NCBI GenBank assembly: GCA_020444425.1
Contig: JAHLLB010000016.1
Span: 21,240 to 85,239, forward strand
Length of the DNA stretch: 64,000 nucleotides
Source: a bacterium
Lineage (GTDB): Bacteria > Electryoneota > Electryoneia > Electryoneales > Electryoneaceae
Reading direction: 5' to 3'
Under the pieces are notes generated by a model. The model was not told where the DNA came from, made no database searches, and was given only the letters and a program-made list of their open reading frames with translations. Each line of letters starts with the position of its first letter. Within the stretch, counting starts at the first letter, position 1. Positions 49,601 to 57,661 of this stretch are shown one piece after another. The translations under genes and the position numbers were made by a program.

Positions 49601-50108
49601 GTTGGAAGAACTGCCCGGACTGGCTGCAGCGGTACTTGACGGGTTGAACCAGCGGATCCGTGACCAATTAGACCGTGATCATGAGATCGGACACTCATAC
49701 TTCCTTGGTGTCCGCAGCTTCCAAGATCTGCGTGATGTGTTCATTGACAGCGTGGTTCCGTTGCTGCGTGAGCATTTCCATGCACAGCCGAAACAGCTTG
49801 CCGAGGTTCTGCTGTTGGAGGACGAGCCGTCAGGTAAAAATGCTTGTGTGCTCGTTTCACGGAATGGCAATCGTGTGCGCGACTACAGCAACGGATTTGG
49901 CGACGGCGGTCGGGACGAGTGGGAGCTGAACACTTCCTTCCGCAACAGCATTAGTGACAACGATCTGGCACCGTTCTTCCGTCACTTGGCAGGGAAACCG
50001 GTGAGCGAAAGCTACCGTGCCACGCAGGGTCAGGATCCTTCGGTAGAATTGCCGACAGATACGACGGAAGAACCAGACGTGGACGAGTCCGCAGCGACGG
50101 AAGAATGA
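46686..50108 (+). CDS. McrB-family AAA+ GTPase with long N-terminal extensions (type IV restriction specificity subunit homolog)
   Basis: Walker A ILQGPPGTGKTWLARR. McrB motif VTFHQSFGYEEFVEG. Walker B VLIIDEINRANISSVLGEL. Asn/Arg region LFIIGTMNTTDRS...LRRRFKFIDL. About 530 aa of N-terminal extension precede the GTPase. Confidence 0.8.
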   Translation: MARPDWVNKLDWQNALAKLQQVREDVESGSSADDQFFREMQTNREEVFGRFGHLVQSDGIDRMDRDDLIEFMRIKNNKHWPMERQISTIPEDVDEIRHGLRFLIDESVLLEDRLNDMLHNGPHAIPGAGINLITALLLMLDPERYGVWNSKSANALEALNIFPPKQRGEKKGTQYVKVAETLRNLSVESGLELWVLDGLLWRTAAVVEAEHPDEPDTKKLAEELKSSDVHAWFIVANPKYYRLTDALEDGKREFTWTVMAQHQKVMHPGQPCYFWITGSKGGLIAKGKVIGDIFVGPDDPEDRKYGGRTAEGEETTRVRLMVEELLDGKVTRDVLKRDPILCKHPLITFGQGSQFRLSKFQTLLLEDLIADPGFKRMVLFVVTHDQKTGKDLWSWFLKDSFAGASWTEPNSDSIGDMSQYASETEFRTAVKNALGIIPLSSPGFWFMTTIREGDLVVARYGTALIKGLGRLAGGTYKHTDEPPTERVSVLWEEDFKEQKPLKLGLSPTPVYRFRNSAWLRPMLYGEPVDHNEENPPEDELLGQSAAEEFKPYTVENVILQGPPGTGKTWLARRMAVLLCQRPHLGIKKAQAIAEDSKSGIDLGHDQYKDLETQGRVKFVTFHQSFGYEEFVEGIRPQLKREGSSSEISYELHAGIFKRIALLAASEALPKDGEEGRDAGSTKFDDLWEQLFANASAVEGGLPVYSRRDYRYTIQPGADETELIIVRDLESADQPEGDDDDEVSHRLQTGSKTKAYPRSFRSTNGYLRLFWNHRKRIGSFRQDPNVEEMRNVLREVRGTEGNFQATYNLLILGELERLADMERDQPVQDLTLPEVQRSRRTLAQNRMNRKQGIAFDGTENAYVLIIDEINRANISSVLGELITLIEPNKRLGQPEEVTVTLPYSNSTFGVPPNLFIIGTMNTTDRSIALLDTALRRRFKFIDLPADSSVVRHLIGKALTAEDFKVPEGMTTSLLEELPGLAAAVLDGLNQRIRDQLDRDHEIGHSYFLGVRSFQDLRDVFIDSVVPLLREHFHAQPKQLAEVLLLEDEPSGKNACVLVSRNGNRVRDYSNGFGDGGRDEWELNTSFRNSISDNDLAPFFRHLAGKPVSESYRATQGQDPSVELPTDTTEEPDVDESAATEE

Positions 50109-51505
50109 TGGACCTGCTCAGCCTCTGCGAGAATCAGTGGGTGCGGCCGACTGAAGAGCGTGTCGCATGGCGTGATGACCGCGGCATCCGCCTGCCCCGG
50201 CCGTTCTACGATAGGCTTCACTCGTGGGATGACCTTACAGCCGAAGGGCGTGAAGGGTTGAACCTGTTTGACTGGAAGTTCAACCGTGGCGTGGCACGGC
50301 AGTTTGTCGGCGTGATCCAGGTCGGACGCTACACCATCGAAATCCTGCCAAAGACCGCCGCGGTTCGGGATGACGCGCCGCTCGACAAATCCCGTCTGGT
50401 GAGGGAGCGGGGTAACCTGGTAGAGATGTTGCGTACCTCAGGGCTGGTCACCTTGCGTGAACGTGGCATCGCACCGCAAGCGTTACGGGATGTGCCCCTG
50501 TTCGAGGCCCTGCTGTTCCTGTTCGCGTCGGCACTGCTGGCGGAACTGCAGCAGGGGTCACCACGCAGCTACATCCGGCGTGAGGAGAACCTGACGCGCT
50601 GGAAAGGCAAGCTCAACGCAGCGAAACAGACCACGCGCAATCTGTTGCATCCAGAACGGTTCTATGTCAACTACAGCGAATTCTCGCCCGAAACGCCGCT
50701 GACTCGAATTCTGCGTGCTGGTGTGCTGGTGGCGAAACGGTACGCTGCCCATCCGAAGACCCGCCGGGTGCTTGAGGATTGTGTGCCGTGGCTTGGCGGA
50801 CTGAACAATCCAGTTCGGTCGCCCGATGACGTTGGCGTCACCTTTACCCGTCAGACCGATCGCTTCAAGCCGGTGCACGATTTCAGTCAGCAGTTGCTGC
50901 GGCAGCAGGTGAACGCACCGGTCTCAGGCGGTGCTCACATTTTCACACTGCTTTTTGATATGAACCAGGTCTTTGAGGGCTACGTCACCCAGCTCTACCG
51001 CGAAATCGCTCCGCAGCACGGTGTACACGTGATCGTTCAGGGAAGCGGTCAAAGTGAGTGGCTGCTGTATCCCAGAGGCGAAGACAAGAAAGGCCGAGGG
51101 CATCACTACCTGAAGCCGGACATCCTGATCCGGGATGCTTCGAAAAAGACGCCGCCCGTCACCGTTATTGATACGAAGTGGAAGATGGTCCCTGCTGGAA
51201 AAGAAGCCACATCCGACCTTTACCAGCTCTACGCGTACGCCGGACAATTTGGTGAGTCAACTAACATTCTACTCTATCCTTGTCACGTACGGGATGGCGA
51301 TACCCACCACCTGTTACACCGTCTGGGCTTTGTCCACCCTCACACGCTTCATGATGGTCCATCTAAACAATCGATCTGCTCGGCCCGGCTGAATGTGGCG
51401 CGGGATTTGACAGACCGTACTGTTCGGGACACGCTCCGAAAGGAGCTTTGTGACCTCGTGTTCGAGCATGACCTGCAGCCGGAAAACGAAAGCGTGATTC
51501 CATGA
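50105..51505 (+). CDS. McrC-family nuclease subunit
   Basis: Overlaps McrB by 4 bp. C-terminal PD-(D/E)xK: LKPDILIRD...VIDTKWK. Confidence 0.7.
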   Translation: MMDLLSLCENQWVRPTEERVAWRDDRGIRLPRPFYDRLHSWDDLTAEGREGLNLFDWKFNRGVARQFVGVIQVGRYTIEILPKTAAVRDDAPLDKSRLVRERGNLVEMLRTSGLVTLRERGIAPQALRDVPLFEALLFLFASALLAELQQGSPRSYIRREENLTRWKGKLNAAKQTTRNLLHPERFYVNYSEFSPETPLTRILRAGVLVAKRYAAHPKTRRVLEDCVPWLGGLNNPVRSPDDVGVTFTRQTDRFKPVHDFSQQLLRQQVNAPVSGGAHIFTLLFDMNQVFEGYVTQLYREIAPQHGVHVIVQGSGQSEWLLYPRGEDKKGRGHHYLKPDILIRDASKKTPPVTVIDTKWKMVPAGKEATSDLYQLYAYAGQFGESTNILLYPCHVRDGDTHHLLHRLGFVHPHTLHDGPSKQSICSARLNVARDLTDRTVRDTLRKELCDLVFEHDLQPENESVIP

Positions 51506-52584
51506 CGATGGAACCAATGGATAAACGCGACCGGATGCTGGGCTGCCTGTTGGGCGGGGCAATCGGGGACGCGCTCGGTGCACCGGTGGAATTCATGACG
51601 CTGGGGATAATCCGGCGGCAGTTTGGCCCGGACGGTGTGCAGGACTTCGAAGCGGGGATGTGGGGTCGGGGTGTGGTCACCGACGACACCCAGATGATGC
51701 TGTTCACCCTCGAAGGCCTGATCAGGGGCTACCTGCGGTTCATTGATCGTGGCTTGGCGGATCCGTGCGCGGTGCTGCACCACGCCTACCTGCGCTGGCT
51801 TATCACCCAGGGTATCCGACCGGACGCCGAGCTTGCGGACTATGTGACCAGCGGCTGGCTGTTGCAGCAAGAGGGATTGCACGCCAGACGAGCGCCGGGC
51901 AATACCTGCCTCTCGGCATTGATCTCTGCGAACGGTCCCGGCTCACCGGAGAACCGTCTCAACGATAGCAAGGGGTGTGGTGGAATCATGCGTGTCGCGC
52001 CAGTTGGGCTGCTGATGCCAAGTGCATTCGATATCGGTGTTACCTCCGCCGCGATCACGCACACACACCCTTCCGGCTACCTCGCCGCTGGCTACTTCGC
52101 CGAACTAATCCGGTTGATGGTCCGGGAGAACATGACCCTGCGCGACGCGGCGGAAGCAGCGATCGAACCCCTGTTGCGCTACGACGAGTCCGAGTACGAT
52201 GAAACCGCGCGCGCCATCCACTCGGCATTGATACTTGCGGATGAGGGAGATCCAACTCCGGAGAAAGTCGAACAGCTCGGCCAGGGCTGGATCGCCGAAG
52301 AAGCGCTCGCCATCGGACTGTACTGCGCTCTCGTGGCGGAGGACTTCCGGCACGGCGTCCTGCAGGCCGTCAACCACGGCGGTGACAGCGATAGTACCGG
52401 CATGCTCGCCGGCAACCTGCTTGGCTTGATCTATGGAACAGCTGGCATCCCGTCATACTGGCGTGATCAGGTCGAGTTCGCGGACCTGATCGAGGAAATG
52501 GTGGATGATGCGCTGCTGGTGGTTGACTATGAGCCGGAGGGCGATGCGCTTCGGCGATTGAAGGACAAGTATCCACCAAACTGA
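51502..52584 (+). CDS. ADP-ribosylglycohydrolase (DraG/ARH family)
   Basis: N-terminal MLGCLLGGAIGDALGAPVEF. C-terminal metal-binding HGGDSDSTGMLAGNLLG. ATGA overlap with the mcrC stop. Confidence 0.85.
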   Translation: MTMEPMDKRDRMLGCLLGGAIGDALGAPVEFMTLGIIRRQFGPDGVQDFEAGMWGRGVVTDDTQMMLFTLEGLIRGYLRFIDRGLADPCAVLHHAYLRWLITQGIRPDAELADYVTSGWLLQQEGLHARRAPGNTCLSALISANGPGSPENRLNDSKGCGGIMRVAPVGLLMPSAFDIGVTSAAITHTHPSGYLAAGYFAELIRLMVRENMTLRDAAEAAIEPLLRYDESEYDETARAIHSALILADEGDPTPEKVEQLGQGWIAEEALAIGLYCALVAEDFRHGVLQAVNHGGDSDSTGMLAGNLLGLIYGTAGIPSYWRDQVEFADLIEEMVDDALLVVDYEPEGDALRRLKDKYPPN

Positions 52585-52627
52585 AACACTTTCGCAAAAA
52601 GCAGTATTCACATCAAAAGGGGAAACG

Positions 52628-53566
52628 ATGGCTGAAATTCGTGAGATCAAGGAAACGTTTGTAGCCGAGCTTAAGTCAGGATTTCTGGCACCGATCATGG
52701 AATTCGTGAGGAAGGACGATGGGCTTGATCTGCAAGTTCGTCACAACTACGTGAATATTTACTATCGTGGCGGAAATCTGCTGCGTATCCGTGATACGAA
52801 GCTGGGCTACAAGCTGGAATTTGATGTCAATTACTTCAAGAACGAGACTCATGGTGAGTGGTACGTGGTCGAAGTTCCGGAAACATCAATCATCACGGAC
52901 ATTCAGGAAAGCCAGGAGTGGGCACGAAACCTGCCCTTGTTGAAACAGGAAATGGATTTCTGGTTCAGCGAGCATCCGAAGACAGAACGCGAGATCCAGC
53001 AGCTTATTGTGCGTGAGAACAACTACAGCGGCGTGGCACGGGATACCGACTACTATATCTGTGACATCGAGTACTCCGCCCTTCGCAACAAGACTCGAGT
53101 CGACCTGATCGGCGTAGAATGGATCTCAACTGCTGGCGCACGCCGCAGCGGCAATAACAAGCGACTGTGCCTTATGGAGTTCAAGTTTGGCGATGGCGCC
53201 CTGACCGGCAATGCCGGCATGATCGACCACTTGCGCAAGATGAAGGAGCTGGTGGAAACGAAAGACGCGATGCAGCAGCTCCGCGATTCGGCCCAAGTCT
53301 CCTTTAACATCAAGCAGCAGCTCGGCCTAATCCCATCAATTAAGCACGAGATCACAATCAGCGATGAAAAACCGCTTCTCCTTTTCGTCATCGCGAACCA
53401 CAAGCCCGTCTCGAAGGCGTTGGGAGCTGAGGTGAACGCGCTTCAAGAAGAAGCGGGTGACCTTGTAGTTAGATTCGCTGTAGCCCATTACCTTGGGTAC
53501 GGCCTCTACAACGACAGTATTCTGACGCTTGACGAGTTCCTTAATCTGCAAGGGGTTGCGGGGTGA
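52628..53566 (+). CDS. hypothetical protein, possible PD-(D/E)xK (restriction-endonuclease-like) fold
   Basis: YYICDIEY...RVDLIGVEW...CLMEFKFGD resembles D-x(n)-E-x-K spacing. No other motif. Confidence 0.4.
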   Translation: MAEIREIKETFVAELKSGFLAPIMEFVRKDDGLDLQVRHNYVNIYYRGGNLLRIRDTKLGYKLEFDVNYFKNETHGEWYVVEVPETSIITDIQESQEWARNLPLLKQEMDFWFSEHPKTEREIQQLIVRENNYSGVARDTDYYICDIEYSALRNKTRVDLIGVEWISTAGARRSGNNKRLCLMEFKFGDGALTGNAGMIDHLRKMKELVETKDAMQQLRDSAQVSFNIKQQLGLIPSIKHEITISDEKPLLLFVIANHKPVSKALGAEVNALQEEAGDLVVRFAVAHYLGYGLYNDSILTLDEFLNLQGVAG

Positions 53567-53605
53567 TATACACTTTACAGGCTTATTGTTGCAGAGGGAA
53601 AAAGC

Positions 53606-54268
53606 ATGGAAAAGCGCGTTTATGCATCCCTGTCGGAAACTGGGTACGTTTTTGTTCAGATTTCTGAAGATGAGATTCTCGCAACCACCGAGCAATTTCA
53701 TCGATGGGGTGATGTCCTAAGGCAGCCTGGAGTGGAGACTGAAGTACATCGATGGATGGATTCCGTTCCCGGTCGGTACCACCGCATAGTTCACGGCCAC
53801 TCTCTTGATCAAGTCGTCGAAGTTTATGAGAAATACGGCATTGAAGGTGTGTGGGCTTGGACAAAGGAGCTTGGCTATGACGCCGGGTCCAAGCAGGGCT
53901 TGCCAGCAGTGCTGTATCCCGAGAAGGTAAGAGTAGCACTGGAGATGGGCCAAGCTGATTTCGTTGATTGGTGCTTCTTGAATATGACAGATGTAGTGGT
54001 AGGCATAACCGCTGCATGGAGTACTTGGCAGCTTAGAAATCAACCCTCAATGATTCGTATTCTGGATGGAGTTGTCAAGGGGGTTGCAGGGTTTGCCACT
54101 CATAATCCACTGCTTCTCTTCACTGCTGTTGCTGGCATCGGATCAACAATATTCAATGAGCTGACTACTATGCAAGTGATTGAGCATTCCGGCGTCTTCC
54201 CTGTATTCACACCAGATAATGATATTCCTTTGTTTAGGCCAGACAACTACATAGGACCATCGTTCTAA
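53606..54268 (+). CDS. hypothetical protein with C-terminal hydrophobic segment; low GC
   Basis: ORF with about 40 bp spacing to its neighbours and conspicuously AT-richer codon usage. Confidence 0.4.
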   Translation: MEKRVYASLSETGYVFVQISEDEILATTEQFHRWGDVLRQPGVETEVHRWMDSVPGRYHRIVHGHSLDQVVEVYEKYGIEGVWAWTKELGYDAGSKQGLPAVLYPEKVRVALEMGQADFVDWCFLNMTDVVVGITAAWSTWQLRNQPSMIRILDGVVKGVAGFATHNPLLLFTAVAGIGSTIFNELTTMQVIEHSGVFPVFTPDNDIPLFRPDNYIGPSF

Positions 54269-54307
54269 CCGATAGATTCAACTAACTCCTAAGCAAGGAG
54301 AGAAACG

Positions 54308-54679
54308 ATGAAAAAGGCCAGAAAATTCACTGAACCTGAAGCTCCACTTGCATTTACAGTTCGGATGAGTGGAATGCTCGACGGCTACGAAGTTCTGGTG
54401 CATCAGTCGAACACGAAGATGAGGGAAGAGATTGCATTCCTGAGGGGTTCGAGCCATGGGAAGGACTTCCAAATTGTTACGAATTCTAGTAGCCTGCCCC
54501 ATGAATTACTTTATAATGCTTTTCATATGGCCCGCTGTCGATATGAAGTAGAAGTCCGCGCCGACGTTGGACCTTTAAAAATATTAATTCCCGGCAAATA
54601 CGAAGACTATCTGAATGGATACAAATATTTCAAACAGCTCTATGCAGAACACTGGGAGGCCCATGTCACTTCTAAGTGA
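54308..54679 (+). CDS. hypothetical protein (123 aa); low GC
   Basis: ORF 22 bp upstream of the MBL gene. A 60-nt sample from its start counted at about 40% GC. Confidence 0.4.
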   Translation: MKKARKFTEPEAPLAFTVRMSGMLDGYEVLVHQSNTKMREEIAFLRGSSHGKDFQIVTNSSSLPHELLYNAFHMARCRYEVEVRADVGPLKILIPGKYEDYLNGYKYFKQLYAEHWEAHVTSK

Positions 54680-54700
54680 TAACTAGCAAACCAAGTTACG

Positions 54701-56011
54701 TTGACGCTGATTCGAATGACATTACTCACCATCCACCGCGGCACGAAGGAAATCGGCGGGTCGTGTGTCGAGCTGAGGCACGGCGATCACCGACTGATCC
54801 TCGATCTCGGGCTGCCGTTGGTCGATGAGTCGGGTGACGACTTTCAGTTGCCATTGGATGCGAACGCGGAGGGATTGCTGGCGGACGGTGTTCTTCCGGC
54901 AATTCCATCGCTGTTGGACGGTGACGATGCCGGAAAGACCGCGATTGTGATCACGCACGCCCATCAGGATCATCACGGTCTGTTGCGTTTCGTGCATCCT
55001 GATCTGCCGGTGTACATGACCTGGGGGACAGCCGCTCTGCTGCGTACTTCCCTGCCGTTCATTCGCGATGCCCACCTGCCGAAGAATATCAGCACGATTA
55101 CACCGTGGGAAAAGGTTCCGGTCGGGTCGTTCACCGTGACACCCTACCTCGTCGACCACTCCGCGCCGGACGCGGTTGCGTTGCTGGTTGAGGTGAACGG
55201 GAAGAGTCTCTTCTACACCGGCGATTTCCGGGCTACTGGACGCAAAGCGAAGGTCTACGACAACCTGCTCAAGCGCCCGCCAAAGGACATCGATCTGCTG
55301 CTGATGGAAGGCACGATGTTTGGTCGGGAGGGTGAGGCACCGGTCACCGAAGACGACCTCGAACAATCGCTTGCTGAGATGCTCGCCGAAGCGGAAAGCT
55401 TGACAGTGTTGTTCGCATCCGGGCAGAATCTCGACCGTCTGGTGACAGCGTTCCGTGCAGCGAAACGCACCGGCAAGACGCTGGTGATCGACCTCTATCA
55501 GGCGTGGGTGCTGCGTCACCTGCGCGGGCTGTCGTCGAGTATACCACAAGCCGACTGGGACAAGATTCGTGTCTATTTCGCAAAGTGGCATGCGGACTCG
55601 TTGGGCAAGGCTGGTCGTGAAGGCTTTGTCTATGGACAGACGAAGAACCGCATCCAGATCGAAGAGATTGCTGCCAATCCCTCTGACTTTTTGTTCATGG
55701 CTCGATCCAACAACTTGATTTGGCGTATCCTGGACAAACTACCAGATCAACATCCACCACATCTGATCTGGTCGTTGTGGGCGGGCTATCTGGATAAGCC
55801 ATCTCCGTTTAACGACGAGCTCAAGCGTCGAGAGCTACCACTGACACATCTGCACACCAGTGGTCATGCTACTGTCGCCGATCTGAAGCGTCTGGCAGAG
55901 GCACTGCAGCCCAAACGAATTGTGCCGATTCACACGTTCCACCCGGACAAGTTCAGTACGGTGTTCAACAATGTCAGCCTGGCTAAGGATGGGGTGGCAT
56001 TCGAACTTTAG
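54701..56011 (+). CDS. MBL-fold beta-CASP family metallo-hydrolase (RNase J/CPSF-like nuclease)
   Basis: Motif 2 IVITHAHQDHHGLL. Beta-CASP motif C HTSGHATVADL. 436 aa. Confidence 0.8.
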   Translation: MTLIRMTLLTIHRGTKEIGGSCVELRHGDHRLILDLGLPLVDESGDDFQLPLDANAEGLLADGVLPAIPSLLDGDDAGKTAIVITHAHQDHHGLLRFVHPDLPVYMTWGTAALLRTSLPFIRDAHLPKNISTITPWEKVPVGSFTVTPYLVDHSAPDAVALLVEVNGKSLFYTGDFRATGRKAKVYDNLLKRPPKDIDLLLMEGTMFGREGEAPVTEDDLEQSLAEMLAEAESLTVLFASGQNLDRLVTAFRAAKRTGKTLVIDLYQAWVLRHLRGLSSSIPQADWDKIRVYFAKWHADSLGKAGREGFVYGQTKNRIQIEEIAANPSDFLFMARSNNLIWRILDKLPDQHPPHLIWSLWAGYLDKPSPFNDELKRRELPLTHLHTSGHATVADLKRLAEALQPKRIVPIHTFHPDKFSTVFNNVSLAKDGVAFEL

Positions 56012-56045
56012 ATGTAGGATTTGACCTCAATCAAACGGTAGAAAC

Positions 56046-57593
56046 ATGAGTCACACGAAGAAAGCACTATCCAAATCCCGCCTTCTGTCCTTCCGCCAGT
56101 GCCCGTTGCGACTGTGGAACGAGGTGCATCGCCGTGACCAGAAGACCGAGCCGGATGGGGCAGCGCAGGCGCGGTTCGACAACGGCAACCGTGTCGGCGA
56201 ACTGGCTCAGCAGCGTTGGCCGGGCGGTGTGTTGATCGATGCCGAGTATTGGGACATCGACACGGCTCTGAAGCAGACTCAAGTAGCGCTGAATGATCCT
56301 GAGACCACCGCGATCTACGAGGCGTGTTTTGTCGCCTATCGCACCAGTGTGCGTGTGGACGTTCTGGTGCGTGTCGGGCTGCAGGAGTGGGAGCTGTGGG
56401 AAGTGAAGTCGGTGCTAAACCCAAAGGAGATCCACAGCTACGACTACGCGGTACAGCTGGCGGTGACCCGGGCCTGGGCGGCGGAACAAGGGCATCCGTT
56501 GACCATCAGGCGCGGTGGCATCCTGCACCTGAACCGGGACTATGTCTTCGACGGTGTCGCCTACGACTGCCAGACACTGTTCGCAGAACACGACCTGACC
56601 GCTGAGGTTGGTGAGTTTCACGACGAGGTGCAGCAGGCGTTTGTGACAGCGGCGGCGGTTGTCGATAACGAAACGCCGCCCACCATCCAGCCAGGCAACC
56701 ATTGCGGGGATCCGTATGTCTGCCCCTTCCTCGGCACGGCGTGCGCAGAACCGCCGCTTGATGAACTGTTCCTGCTTCCGAGGATTCGGGCGTCACGCGT
56801 CGAGGACTGGCATACCAGCGGGATCGACCGACTTGACCAGCTTGATCCGGAAGCGGACGGTCTGAACCCGGTACAAGCACGGGTCTGGCAGGCACACATG
56901 GATGGCGCGCTGCAGGTGGTACCGGGTCTGCGTCAGCAAGTCGAGGCCATCGGTTACCCACGCTACCACCTCGATTTCGAAAGCACAGGAAGCTGGATGG
57001 CGTTACCGCGCTGGAAGGGCACACGTCCGTTCCAACCGGTCCCGTTTCAGTTTTCATTGCATCTGGAGCGTGCACCGGGACAACTGGTCCTGCACGATGG
57101 CTACCTGCACTGTGACGCGTCCGATCCGCGACGTCCCGTGGCAGAAGCGCTGATCCAGCAGACGTCGATTGTCCCGGGACCGATCCTGACGTATTCCGGC
57201 TACGAAAAGCAGATGATCAGCCAATTGATCGACGCGAGCCCGGATCTCGAACCGGATCTCGAAGCGATTCGGGCGCGGTTTGTCGACCTGCTGCCGATTG
57301 TCCGTGATCATGTCTACCACCCTGATTTCGGCGGCAGCTTCTCGATCAAACAGGTGCTTCCGGCACTGGTTGACGACCTGTCGTATGAGGGTCTCGGCAT
57401 CGCGGACGGCGACACCGCAGCTCTCAGCTACCTCGAGATGATCGACCTGCTGTCGGCCGAAAATGCCACACCGGATCAGCAGGCACGTGCCGCGAAGATC
57501 CGCCAAGATCTCTGGTTATACTGCAAGCGGGATACGGAAGCGATGGTGGCGTTGATGGCGCGGCTGGAAGAACTGGCAAATAACCCTGGTTAA
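56046..57593 (+). CDS. DUF2779-type PD-(D/E)xK (RecB/Cas4-like) nuclease domain protein
   Basis: N-terminal LSKSRLLSFRQCPLRLW signature. Core D...E.K in RVDVLVRVGLQEWELWEVKS. Confidence 0.6.
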   Translation: MSHTKKALSKSRLLSFRQCPLRLWNEVHRRDQKTEPDGAAQARFDNGNRVGELAQQRWPGGVLIDAEYWDIDTALKQTQVALNDPETTAIYEACFVAYRTSVRVDVLVRVGLQEWELWEVKSVLNPKEIHSYDYAVQLAVTRAWAAEQGHPLTIRRGGILHLNRDYVFDGVAYDCQTLFAEHDLTAEVGEFHDEVQQAFVTAAAVVDNETPPTIQPGNHCGDPYVCPFLGTACAEPPLDELFLLPRIRASRVEDWHTSGIDRLDQLDPEADGLNPVQARVWQAHMDGALQVVPGLRQQVEAIGYPRYHLDFESTGSWMALPRWKGTRPFQPVPFQFSLHLERAPGQLVLHDGYLHCDASDPRRPVAEALIQQTSIVPGPILTYSGYEKQMISQLIDASPDLEPDLEAIRARFVDLLPIVRDHVYHPDFGGSFSIKQVLPALVDDLSYEGLGIADGDTAALSYLEMIDLLSAENATPDQQARAAKIRQDLWLYCKRDTEAMVALMARLEELANNPG

Positions 57594-57661
57594 CTTCAAA
57601 TTGGTATAGGTCCTATTGGGCACGTCATTCCACTTTCGGATAGCAACAGAAGAGTCAATTC

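Noticed and set aside
54722-57075. Minus-strand ORFs (289 aa and 189 aa) inside the MBL and DUF2779 genes
   Set aside because: Antisense to genes with clear catalytic motifs. High-GC frame artefacts.
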